The notes beneath the pieces are model-generated. The model ran no database searches, was not told the origin of the DNA, and saw nothing but the letters and a program-made list of their open reading frames with translations. A stretch of 63,636 bases of DNA, the filler included, from Collodictyon triciliatum (lineage: Eukaryota): assembly GCA_043381765.1 (NCBI GenBank). It is 7 parts of 7 records of this genome, joined end to end, with 100 filler letters (N's around TTAATTAATTAA, not from the genome) between each part and the next. Parts side by side here need not be neighbours in the genome. Positions count along the whole stretch, not along the records: positions 10,573 to 21,040 come from JBHJMP010002664.1; positions 21,141 to 31,605 come from JBHJMP010002665.1; 5 more parts are not named here. The stretch is one strand, 5' to 3'. The first letter of the stretch is position 1; each line of letters begins with the position of its first letter. Both the position numbers and the translations under genes were made by a program. This document shows positions 13,701-24,146 of this stretch, one piece after another.

Positions 13701-14072
13701 TCTCGTTTCTTTGAAAGGGTCAACATGGTTGCATTACGGGCGCACTTGTCTCACTTTTTTGCCACAACTTTCGGTGACCTTGAGCGTTCTATGAGGGTTA
13801 ACATACGACGGGTCCATTCGCACCTCCAAGTTACAGACGACCACTACGACATCTACGTAGAGTTGTTGATTGCTTCCATCCTGGAGATGAAGCCAGGACT
13901 TACGCCAAAGTCGCTCAGAAAAATCACAAAAATTCTAGAGTCCTTTAGAAATGAGGTAGTTACACGTGGTGGCGAGACATCGAAAAAATCCAGGCAAACG
14001 TGGTGGAGTTATCTCCCTATCACTCTTTCCAGATTCCTTTACGCAGAGAAATCTGACCAGCCGCCTGTGTAA
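10722..14072 (+). CDS. Intronless multidomain membrane protein: disordered Ser/Pro N-terminus, about 8 TM helices, RNI-like LRRs, C-terminal group I truncated haemoglobin
   Basis: Single 3.35-kb ORF; start is ATG 10722 or CCACCATG 10755. Hydrophobic helices at about 11766-12630 with a C...DHSLICWSNGH loop. LRRs (IDLSRNSL, LCLSYNQL, LILDFNPSI, LSVNFCNLG, LSVQGNELG, LQLEWNNM) at about 12868-13390. Globin at 13614-13964: ILSEIGG...VFCLRILNDPILSRFF...RAHLSHFF...FG...RRVHSHL..TDDHYD. Confidence 0.85.
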   Translation: MAHNLLAIQPTMRKHRHSSRSSDRSIPLPTIQESNVSTSVLPISLPKLEHIDKPASFLRLILCEAFPFHAAFLSHPHADPNTHAARDLPNPAHRMPPIPSGFQPHPQSNPPRNAAAWVNPGGKPMPPRPFLASLKTKPSNSSIGSSGSNGFIDQTAGSSSPTLSSGASGSPKSPSPKILTRNMACGSLPIMSQPMISPSSSPNIVTKSPPSAPKPSLSFSTPTQPPLSSSASGGSNSPNQSKAIPPRLLKRDDSEQKNASTSQSPVLERPRPLFSANQNFSKAMISLQMVDPNQTSNGSSLSSSGKPGRRGSRRFSFQGYVLPQTARRWRNLLPSEQRRRKLAIPDNIELSIILQGLAMVLNFMFLYWSPFGAGVSRLLGAPALDNPDSFNSFPPYFLGHFYIPVLSVFIFLNTIGSLVSLFHIQFLVMLLGPKLYKLCDEVWYFVVSSLVMPITSVLLSSMLCRDDPRNGQRIHEIDHSLICWSNGHISLVIFSLLSVSTLIYYSLFKRVEFFSILERAKTSNGNFFYESNPWGFMTRFLIQAVFCANSLFVVPVERQIAKLIYFLCAFGNFILINTNMSYENPRCHGISGSLAACVIIPQAISFTHGVHIGVLAGITILVSFISYIFCVARAVYTKYSFLHRLIDENPTVIRKDYDSRIGRELLSSFKDGQYNTKDHVILLSSKLHSCNYIFIEHWCCVIGRPQSFFHTEWISKVVAIDLSRNSLTSSHIYHLSRAMLTQDSRVQKLCLSYNQLCVLSSFPLSCLIYYHTHLKELILDFNPSITLAGFRYIVNSIISSPNKSLAHLSVNFCNLGSDCAIPISKLLCSQTHHLSRLSVQGNELGVKGAEIISDAITLNGGRDISLQLEWNNMKKQGVEMLLNSIQIENSEHRHKSKPIEGPQLGVLRNGLSKEDFANIPKSGPDDVVEFESDVNEVKPFLDEPVTHPTQTQETPGRTEQAEPDSILSEIGGHEVMEGVIQVFCLRILNDPILSRFFERVNMVALRAHLSHFFATTFGDLERSMRVNIRRVHSHLQVTDDHYDIYVELLIASILEMKPGLTPKSLRKITKILESFRNEVVTRGGETSKKSRQTWWSYLPITLSRFLYAEKSDQPPV

Positions 14073-14844
14073 GAAAACCCTGCCCTTCCAATACTTATTT
14101 TTATGTCTTCCTCCAGTTTTTTTTATTCTTGGAAAAAAAAAGGGTCGAATAGAACTTTGCTCTAATGTAACTCATTCATCGCGGTATGCTGCCTTCTGAA
14201 TCCTTATTCTTTTCCACTATCCCTTCCATTGGCTAAAAAAAAAAAGTCTGGTGACCACCATCCCACACTTCACATGGATACAACCCTTGACGCGCTGTTT
14301 TATTTTATTCTGTTTTTTTTTTGTTTTTGCTCCCAACAGACAATTTCATATATGGTTAAACGAATACATATGTAATGTGTCCGAATGCTTATTTGGGTAA
14401 TAGTTAAGAAATAGCTTATTAAGTGCTCGTGACATTTTAACCCGCGAAACTTTTCTGATGTGGAAATCAATGTGGTCTGTCAATATACACAAATTTAAAC
14501 AGTTAATCGCGATCTCGGGCGCACACAGCCGGGTGAAGGTGTGAAGTGGTGTTGTGAGGTTGAGGCTTGGAGGCGGGGTGAGGTGTGACGCCAGGACAGG
14601 TTGCTGTGTATTTGTGCGCGACGGGGCAACAAATGGTCCCCCAGACGGTCGTGCAACACAGAGAAACCGCCAGAAAATTAGCGATTGAGATGTGGGAATG
14701 GTAAAGCTAATTTCAGCCCGAAGAAACACCAGAGGCAAGCTGATAAGTTTCGAGGTGGTATCGATACCACAGATCGACTCCCACAAAAACAAGCAAAATT
14801 TGACCCCATTTCACCGCGTCACCCAAATTATACAACAAGTCAAA

Positions 14845-16341
14845 ATGTCCGTCCGTGGATTCAATGGAAACATCTTCAACCTTCTCGGAGATGACAATGA
14901 CGAGGCCGAAGTAGCCCCTGTGGTCGTTGTTGCCAAGAAAGACGCTCCCAAGAAGGAAGCTCCCAAGAAGGAGGCCGCAAAGAAGGAGGCCGCAAAGAAG
15001 GAGGCTGCTGCACCCGCCAAGGAAGCACCCGCCAAGGAAGCACCCGCGAAGAAGGCTGACGCTCCCGCAAAGAAAGCCGACGCCCCAGCAAAGAAGGCTG
15101 ATGCCCCTGCTAAGGCCGAGGGCAAGCAACAGGACAAGCCCAAGTCCGCCCGCAGTATCCTTTGAATAACGATGCCTTCATCGTCACACACTCTAGTAGC
15201 CACTTCGCACTATTCCTGCCTCTGGGCACGCTGTAATTTTGCTCTTATACTTTCACCTTAACACCGGCTCCCCTCCCACCTGTTCCAAACTTCACGCCAC
15301 CCAATCACAGGCGAAGGAGGTTAGAAACTACACAGCCCAACCCCTCCACAAACCTGTCCGAAGCAACCTCCCATTCAGCCAATTTATACGCTCTAAGCAT
15401 GTCCTGTGCTTGGCTTGAACTGACTTTCACTCGCTCTCCCTGCCCAATAGACAAGCCGCAACGCGACAACCGCGACAAGCCGCGCCTCGTCCGCACTGAG
15501 GACGGTGAACTTCCCGCTTCCCGCGTCTACGATCGCCGCGGAGCCTCCCAACGCCAGTAAATACAACTTTATCAACACGCAGCTACACTCATACTAATTG
15601 CTTGAGAGTTACGTTTTAACTGAACCTGCTGCCCTACCCACGCAGCGCCCCGAACCACGAGAAGCGCGAGGGAGCCGGGCAGCACAACTGGGGCCTGAAG
15701 GGCGAGATCGAGGCTGGGTACGTCCTCCCTGAACCTCCAACCTTACTCACAACCGATCCCCCTGGCCAAACGCTCATCTTCCCACGATCTGCAGAGCTGA
15801 GATTGCCGCCAATGAGCGTGGCGACCGCCGCCGCCCTCGCCGCAACGAAAGGACGACGTCCACCACTGTGGGAGACACGAGCGTGTCTGTGACCATCAAG
15901 ACCACAGACGACGCCCCTGCCCCTGCCGAGGAGAAGAAGGAGGCTGAGCAGGCGACGGAGCAGACCCAGCCGCCCGCGACGGAGGAGGGCAATGCCAAGG
16001 AGCCAGCGGCAGAGCAGGACGAGGAGAAGGAGACCGGCATTTCGTACGCCGACTACGTCAAGCTGCAGGAGCAGAAGGCCCAGGAGCTCGCTGCCCTTCT
16101 CGGCAAGCCGATCCCCGCCGCCGCTGCCTCTGCTGCCGTGCCCGCCTCATCGGCCGCCCCGGCCCCCCGCACCAAGCGCGGCACGCAGAACGTCGCCGAT
16201 GTCTTCCAGGTCCGCTACACCTCGTCCGGCCGCAGCGGCGCAGCCTACAGCCACGCCAAGCAGGGCACCCCCAACGTCACCGACACCAGAGCCTTCCCAT
16301 CCCTCGGCGCCGCCGCTGCTGCCGCACCCACCCGCCGATAA
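14845..16341 (+). CDS. SERBP1: SERBP1/HABP4/Stm1-family ribosome- and mRNA-binding protein (spliced)
   Basis: N-terminal NIFNLLGDD, Lys/Ala/Pro/Glu repeats, RVYDRRG, EKREGAGQHNWG, ISYADY and C-terminal PNVTDTRAFPSLG. Introns start at 15155, about 15557 and about 15717. GC-rich coding sequence. Confidence 0.85.
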
Positions 16342-16675
16342 GCCTGAGACGAGCCGCAGAGGCGTCCGCATCCACATCCGCATGCGCATCCGTCCCTCTC
16401 AGACTCGGCACGCCGGAGCGGCCTCTCTACCCTCTCTCCCACCCGCACAAACCAACCCCGTGCATTAATCTTTTGTTCTGTGTCTTTAGTACTCGCGACG
16501 GAAAATACACTTCGGATTCAACCTCTTCAGCCCGAAGATACAATAATGAAAAAGGGGTCAACACGCATCACAGACCGCTCCGAACACTAACTTTCCCTTT
16601 TCCATAGAATTGTTGTTGGGTTTGGTGGGGACTTCACTTTATAATCTTGCGTAGCGGCGCACCACACAGAGTCCC

Positions 16676-17440
16676 TCAGACGCCCATCCACGACTCCATC
16701 GCACTGGCAAACCGCGGCGCATTGCCTCTGGGCAGGGGCTGAACACTCTCCCACCGCGCCGACCGAAGCGTGTCCACCAGTCTGCTGCACGTTGTCTGGT
16801 ACAGAAACCCGTCCGCTTCCATCTGCTGGGCGAGCTGCGGGGCAATGCAAAGGGTCACGACATCACTATCATTGCAAATCCCCCAAAAGACACGCATTGG
16901 GGTTGCGACTAAAGACAGAAAGGAAAGAGTGGACAGGACAGAAAGGCAAGGAAGAACAGGGTTGCCTCTGCTTGATGGTTGTCCATGAGCCGATCATTCA
17001 CCACCACGACGAGGCGCTTCTTCAAGGCCAGAGCCTCCAACACAGTCCCGGCTCCTGCGTGGCTGATCACATAGTCTGCTGCTTGCAACTCCGCTCCGAG
17101 CGATGGCGTGAAGCGCAGGCTCCTGCATTCCACCGGCAAGGCGCCCTGGCCACTGCCGGCTTGAAGGTTATGCCACTGCGGCTCAACCAGGCCACGCCCG
17201 TATTGCACCACCACCCGGTGAATCCCGGCCTCTTGGACATACGACGCAAAGCGGCTGCTGTTGACCTGGGGATTGGGGGCAGTTGTTTTTCTTTTTCCCT
17301 TCTTTCTGAGTCTCGAGTCGGAGGGCTTTGATCATGGTAGGATGCTACAGTTCTTTTTACGTGCGTGTGTAAAGCGGGTAGGTCACCTCTTGGATGAGCG
17401 CGTCGAACGAAGTGGAGCCCACAGTGACGAGAAGCGCCAT
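16676..17440 (-). CDS. ALG13: UDP-GlcNAc transferase catalytic subunit ALG13 (3 exons)
   Basis: MALLVTVGSTSFDALI..., VVQYGRG, ADYVISHAGAGTVLEAL...LVVVVNDRLMDNHQAE|LAQQM. Introns 17266-17386 (GT-AG) and 16835-16965 (apparent GC-AG). Confidence 0.92.
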
Positions 17441-17619
17441 GCTTCCTTGCGTCGCGCTGCCTTTTTTTTTTTATTTTTTTATTATTATTATTATTATTAT
17501 TCTTGAGATTTTCCTGGCTTCAAGGTGCGTGTGGTTCTTAAATGCCTACAATGTCATTTTTGTCTTCGCCCATTCAAATTCCTTTTTTTTCTTTCTGTTT
17601 CAAGAGAAGACTCATTATT

Positions 17620-18530
17620 TCATCTTTTCTTCATGGCGCTTGGCGCTGGCCGAGATGGAAGCAAGATAGTCGAGGCAACCACAGATGGCGCACTGACAGA
17701 AGCGACGCGGAATCGTGACGGATGCAGGCACACGAGCGGGGCGGATAAATGGCGGTAGAGCACTGCTCGGTGAAGATTATGTTTGAAAGGCGTATCACAC
17801 TCAATCGAGTTGTTCGGAACAATGCTTTTCGCAGGTTCTAAGACGTTTTTTGAGTCGGTTTGGTGACTTGTTGCGTGCGTGCTGAGCAGTTTTGATTGGT
17901 GTGAGTCACGAGTCTCGCCAAGGAAGTTATCAATCTCAAAGTCGTCTGGGCCGTTATCCGCGCTATCAAACGCTGCCTGTCAAACATAAATATTACGATG
18001 ATTATCTTGTTTGTGCTAGGATATAAAACAAACCTTTAAACTGGGCGAGGGAAACCGCTCTGCTTCCTCGTGTTGTCTATTCTCTGAGGGACCGCACCTA
18101 ACAAGATTAAAACGACGAATGAAGTCCGACCGGGACATTTCTTCACCTCCACCAAGGTCGTAAATAATCGAGAACGACTCGTTTGTTGTGATTTCCATTT
18201 CATCAGATAGAAATGTCCCTTGCATATCTGGTATCGTTGAGCCTGAAAGATGATAGGTCATGTTAAAGGCAACTAAACGATATTCTCTAAAAAAAAAATT
18301 AGCTTCTATATGCTCTTCTAGCGCATCTTCTTACAGTATTCATCCACGTCGCACTCATCGCAGCTGTCCATTATTTGAACGATTATGTCTGATACTGTGG
18401 ATTGGCATTCGCTGATGTCATTTGTGGATAAGTGAGAGTCACTTTTGAAAAGATTCTTCTCGCTCATCGCATGTCCACTACTAGATAAATGGGCTTTGTC
18501 CAATCGAATGATTGTTAGAGAAGGAAGCAT
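17620..18530 (-). CDS. Hypothetical acidic protein, at least 3 exons
   Basis: Three open segments joined by phase-compatible GT-AG sites (DEY|CSTIPD..., SPSLK|AAFDS...). No recognised domain. Confidence 0.4.
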
Positions 18531-18569
18531 CTACAATTTACGTTTGTAATTAAATTAGATACCAAGACC

Positions 18570-18678
18570 TATTCTCCCTCTTCATGTGCACCAAGTACCC
18601 ATGTGCTATACACTCGAGCTCTTCGTCACAGTACTTTCTAATCTTACTCACCCACTTTGAATCGAATAAAAGAAAAAA
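18570..18678 (+). mobile_element. Divergent short LINE 3'-end remnant
   Basis: Ends in CACTTTGAATCGAATAAAAGAAAAAA, the same terminus as the other copies. The 5' boundary is uncertain. Confidence 0.6.
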
Positions 18679-19194
18679 CCTAATCCCCACAGCACAAAAC
18701 ATAAAACAAATCGAATCAAATGTGGCATTATTATCTACATATTATATATAATAGCATTTCACCAAACCAAACCAAACCAAACGAAACCAAACCAAAATAT
18801 AAAATCGTACGCGATTATCCTCATAGGTTCACTTTCTGTCCCATGAAATACATTTTTTTTAATTTTTCGGGTATTATTATTTTCATTATTTATCTGTCTC
18901 CTGTGTTCATTTCTGGTTGAGAGCACAGTTTTTTTTTTATCAGAAACTCATGATTGCAGCCATAAGATAGTAAATATCAGTTCCCTACATTCATGTTCAC
19001 TCTGGCAAGCCTGTTTATTGCGATTTTTTTAAATAGTTTATATACTTTTTTCATATGATATAGGCTCGCATATCCCTTGCAAAAATAAAAATAAAGATAT
19101 AAAGAAAGATGTAAAAGTTGAAGTTTTTTTAAAAAATGCACTGCAAACATAAAAATTAACAATACCAAAAAAAAAAAAAAAAAAAAAATAAAAA

Positions 19195-19268
<74 letters not shown>

Positions 19269-19454
19269 AGGAAAAGAAAAGAAAAGAAAATTAGCGCTGC
19301 GTTTCAAAAATCAAACAAGCAGCCCTTTTCTTTTCTTTTCTTTCCTGCACAACCCCGCAAAGGTCACAAAGTAATTATTCCTTTTATTATTCCCGCGTAG
19401 TTTTCAGGAGAAAAGTAAGCCACAGAAAGAAAAAGGGAAGGAAAGCTTTTGGGA

Positions 19455-21040
19455 ATGGAATCAAGAATACTACGAAGCGATCATGACGGAGAGGATGGAG
19501 TAGAGACCGACGACTTTCCTATTCTTGCTATTATGGACTTTTTCAAGAGCCGTGGCTGGGGGAAGCTGAACCAGATCATATCACACAAACTGGGTATTGC
19601 TTATACGACATCACACAGGTTTTACATTTTTTTTTTGTACCAATGGTAAAACTGCTTCTTCAATAGAGGAGACGGAGCCTTCCCATCTTCTAGGACAGAC
19701 CGAATTACATAGTACTATCCAATTTATTCTTTGATATCTTCGCAATATGAATTACGAATTATGAGATATGAATTATGATTGTCATATCAGTAATTTTTGA
19801 GTATCACAAAGACTCTATTGTTTTTAATGCGTTTACAATCCTTATTCTTATTCATATATTCAAATTTACAGTCTAATCGAAAATATTGCAAAAATATTGT
19901 TTCTGATGCTCGTGATGATGAAATTTTATACTCTAATACTTTATAACATAATATTCGCAGAGCTTCTTGTGAGGTCAAGATTCAAATTTAAGCTAGAAGC
20001 TGAATCCACTAAAGCAGCAGGTAAATAAAGGACGAAATAGCTAAAAAGTAATTATAAAAATTGGAGATGAAAAGGTAATGAAAAAAAAAGGGGCCAAAAC
20101 AAAGAGTCAATACATTCAAATGATCTTACTTTATGACGAGAGAAACGAAATATGACATAATTTGCAATTTTTTTTTAACAAATTGTATAATTCAACTCAA
20201 AATAATAATACCTATGTAGATAGCAACTTTACTAGTATGGATACCATTGAACCCATCGAAAAAACTCCGGTTAATTCGCCAAAGAGTTTGCCTGTGGTGA
20301 AAACAAGTACTTCCGGAAAAAAGAATCTATCCAATGAAGCCTTGATTGAAAAGTTTTTGGACTTGAGCCACGAAATAGAGTCAGAGGCAATCATACTATC
20401 ACCAAAGTCTCCTCTATCGCAAGGCTCGAATACCCCAGGACTTCTTCCAAAGTCAACTATCGCACGTTCCGAAAAATTGGAGGAAAGATTCTTCACACAT
20501 GCGTATGTTTTTTTTTTTTATATGATCGATGAAGATGAAATATGAAAACATATGTCATCTCTTATCACAAGTCATTAATTCATATTTTTGAATACACAAA
20601 GATTTGATAATGCTCTGGAAAAATATGAAGGTAATATTTTAGAGTCTTTTTCAAAAATTTTATTTTATTTTCGCCTCCCTGTGTTCGTGTGCTCGATTAT
20701 CAAACCATTTTCAAATATATTCTATGCAAAAAATTTACATACGCCATAATCTTCTATTCCATAATAGTTCAATAATGGCTTTAATTTCTATGATTATATA
20801 TAGATATTCACCAAAATGAGAAAGAAATAAGCTATTACACACCTCAATCTGAAACTGGTAGTTTTTATTGATTTAGTTCTTGTATAAAACATCACCTATT
20901 TGAAACAGCAATTCGAGACAAGATATAATACAAATCCTTTTAGTGAGAATGCCGAACTGTTATTATTATTGAAAGTCTGCTCAATCTAGATTCGGACGAT
21001 TGGGTGGATGATGACGATTGTGGATACCTAACTCAAAGGG
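19455..21040 (+). CDS. Hypothetical multi-exon protein, runs toward contig end
   Basis: Several coding-like segments bounded by AG/GT (MESRILRS..., ELLVRSRFKF..., DSNFTSMDT...). No recognised domain. Confidence 0.35.
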
Positions 21041-21140
21041 NNNNNNNNNNNNNNNNNNNNNNNNNNNNNNNNNNNNNNNNNNNNTTAATTAATTAANNNN
21101 NNNNNNNNNNNNNNNNNNNNNNNNNNNNNNNNNNNNNNNN
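21041..21140. other. Artificial contig spacer
   Basis: 44 N + TTAATTAATTAA + 44 N. Confidence 0.97.
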
Positions 21141-24100
21141 CAAAAAATCAAAAAATCAAAAAAAAACAATAAAAACAATAAAAACAATAAAAACAATAAA
21201 AACAATAAAAACAATAAAAACAATAAAAACAATAAAAACAATAAAAACAATAAAAACAATAAAAACAAAACAAAACAAAACAAAACAAAGAAACAAAGCT
21301 CTTTCGCGCGCCGTTACTAAATCTAATAGCCGAGCATTCTTGTTCTTCTCAGTTATGCCCATGCGAGTCTGAAATCGAGGGTAAAAATAGATAGCTGGTA
21401 TAAATGTCGGGTCCTGCTTTGACTTCCAATATTGATCTTGCACACCTTTTTCCTATATACGATTCAAGGGAAGGATAATTTTTTTATTTTAGATTTTTTA
21501 CAGCCTGACGTAGTTGTATGCGCGTTGGTTGAAAGCATCGACGCGTGTCGGACAAGGGGGCAGGCCCGCAGGATACGGAAGCTGGATTCGGGCTCACCAC
21601 TATCATTCGAAAAGGTTGAGAATTATTATAACTCTAAAGAGCTGCAACTACAGGAGCCCTGACCTGGATTCGATCCGAGGCCAAATTTCCCTCAGGAGGC
21701 GAATAACCATACAGCCATCCCGCCCTCCTCTGGCCTAGTACCCCTTATATACATGTGTTTTCGAAGGTAAAGGTGCTGTCTTTTTTGTTTTTTTTTTTGT
21801 TTTGTTGTTGTTGTTGTTGTTGTTGTTGCTGCTGCTGGCATGGTCTTGCCTTGTTTTCCTATGCCCTTCTCCTCCTACGTGCTCTTTTCTTTACTATTCC
21901 TTTCTTGTCTTTTTGTCCTATTTTCTCTTTGAAGTCGATATAACCAAAACCTTTGGTATAGATTCAGCTCCATGTATATCTCATCATTTAGAGTTTTCTC
22001 TTCAGAAATTTATGTTGGGAGTGTTTACCCCTAGCATGGCCTTTTTTCCACCGAAAGGCCGCAAATGACAACTTTGGAGATTTCAAGTTCCATTACCTTT
22101 TGTTCGTCCTAGGTCTCCCGCAAACAATACCAGTGACTCCTCGAAGGCAAAACTTCAAAAAAAGTAATAAAGCGTGGCAAAAAGAAACCCACGGCAAGAG
22201 AAAGATACCACAATTTTACGAGTTAAAATTAGACGTTAGAAAATCTCATATTGAGTATGAATTTTACTCTATGACAGATTCACCTGTGTGTATGTGTGTA
22301 TGTGTATGTGTGTTGTGTGTGTGTTGTGTGTGNNNNNNNNNNNNNNNNNNNNNNNNNNNNNNNNNNNNNNNNNNNNNNNNNNNNNNNNNNNNNNNNNNNN
22401 NNNNNNNNNNNNNNNNNNNNNNNNNNNNNNNNNNNNNNNNNNNNNNNNNNNNNNNNNNNNNNNNNNNNNNNNNNNNNNNNNNNNNNNNNNNNNNNNNNNN
22501 NNNNNNNNNNNNNNNNNNNNNNNNNNNNNNNNNNNNNNNNNNNNNNNNNNNNNNNNNNNNNNNNNNNNNNNNNNNNNNNNNNNNNNNNNNNNNNNNNNNN
22601 NNNNNNNNNNNNNNNNNNNNNNNNNNNNNNNNNNNNNNNNNNNNNNNNNNNNNNNNNNNNNNNNNNNNNNNNNNNNNNNNNNNNNNNNNNNNNNNNNNNN
22701 NNNNNNNNNNNNNNNNNNNNNNNNNNNNNNNNNNNNNNNNNNNNNNNNNNNNNNNNNNNNNNNNNNNNNNNNNNNNNNNNNNNNNNNNNNNNNNNNNNNN
22801 NNNNNAAAAAATTTTCTCTCGCTTATAGGGGCCATGTGAGCATGCATCATACGGATACAATACATTTCTTTGTTCAATCGAACTGCATCGTCGACATTAT
22901 GCCACACCAATCCAAGACAACTGAAAATGTGCATAAAGAGTGTTTGGACGCTTTAAAACACTGGGTAATGTTTATTCAAATATAGTGATGATGGTTAAAA
23001 CTGATTTCTCTATATAGTGACCATATTTCCAATACTCTAATGATTTGGATGGATTTTGAATCGCTTGATTTTCTTCTCCAGCAAATAGCAAGGATCATAT
23101 ATCGATACGCTGTAAAATACACCATAGTTCAAGTGATTCAATATGAGGATTACCTAAGTTGATAAAAAATAGTATGATATATTTCCTTTTTCGATTATTT
23201 TCTATTAGCATGTCGATATAATCGGTATCACTATCCTATTATATTATTACATTCTTTTCACTTGATGACCTACATCAGTTTTAAAAATAATTCAAAGACA
23301 ATATCAGCTAACTCTGACTCTACTTGTAGCAAACTTTTTTCACAAATAAACCCAGGACAAGTATGGCTATTATAATTTACTTCATTTCATTTTATTTGCA
23401 AATATAGTGTGTCGTATTCATAATTTTACCGAATTATATCAATATCGAGGGTAAACCAAACTAACACATTTCAAGTTTTAGAGAAAAGATCTTCAATCAA
23501 AATATATATTTAACTATGAGTCCTCAACACAATATACTTTAAAATAACCTAATATGATGGGGCATTTTAATCTATCTATTGCGCGTGTCCTGTATTCACA
23601 TGTCTTATAAGCCTTCAATTTTTTTTGACAACCAAATAATTTATTCAAATATAAATTTTTTCAATAGTTTCTAATATGGTGAGGTGGTTTTTTTTTGAAA
23701 TTAATATAATCATTAAATGGAAAAAATCGAGATATCAAAATGTAAATCAACTAACCAAACCATCATGACATCAATGATTCAAAAGAAACCACAGGAACAA
23801 ATAGACTTTTCCAGAGATAAAGTGGCTACAATGATTGATTAACCATATATAAATGGAGTCTGTCCCTATTAACTTTCTCTATTTTCATTCGTATTTTTTT
23901 GCATAAAAATTCAAGCTTTTTTATATCAGGGATTGTGTCGTATAAACGCAGAGAAAATGAAATAAATATATGTTGTAGGATGATTGTGTAATGAATAATT
24001 AAAAAAAATGAAAGCCGTACATAAAGAGTGCACGATAAATCAAAAGGGCGGATGGATATAGCAAATTTATCTGATAAATTCGAATACACGATTTAATAAA

Positions 24101-24146
24101 ACACTTTCGATAAATTTATTGTAGGTTTTTACGGTTAACTACTAGC

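Noticed and set aside
15265-15335. Possible H/ACA snoRNA hairpin in the SERBP1 intron
   Set aside because: There is no convincing H box or second hairpin. An acceptor plus microexon explains the sequence better.
21490-23280. Coding-like fragments (e.g. minus-strand QRRAGWLYGYSPP, faintly MPN-like; plus-strand GHVSMHH...)
   Set aside because: I could not build a phase-consistent gene model or choose a strand, and a 473-N gap interrupts the region.
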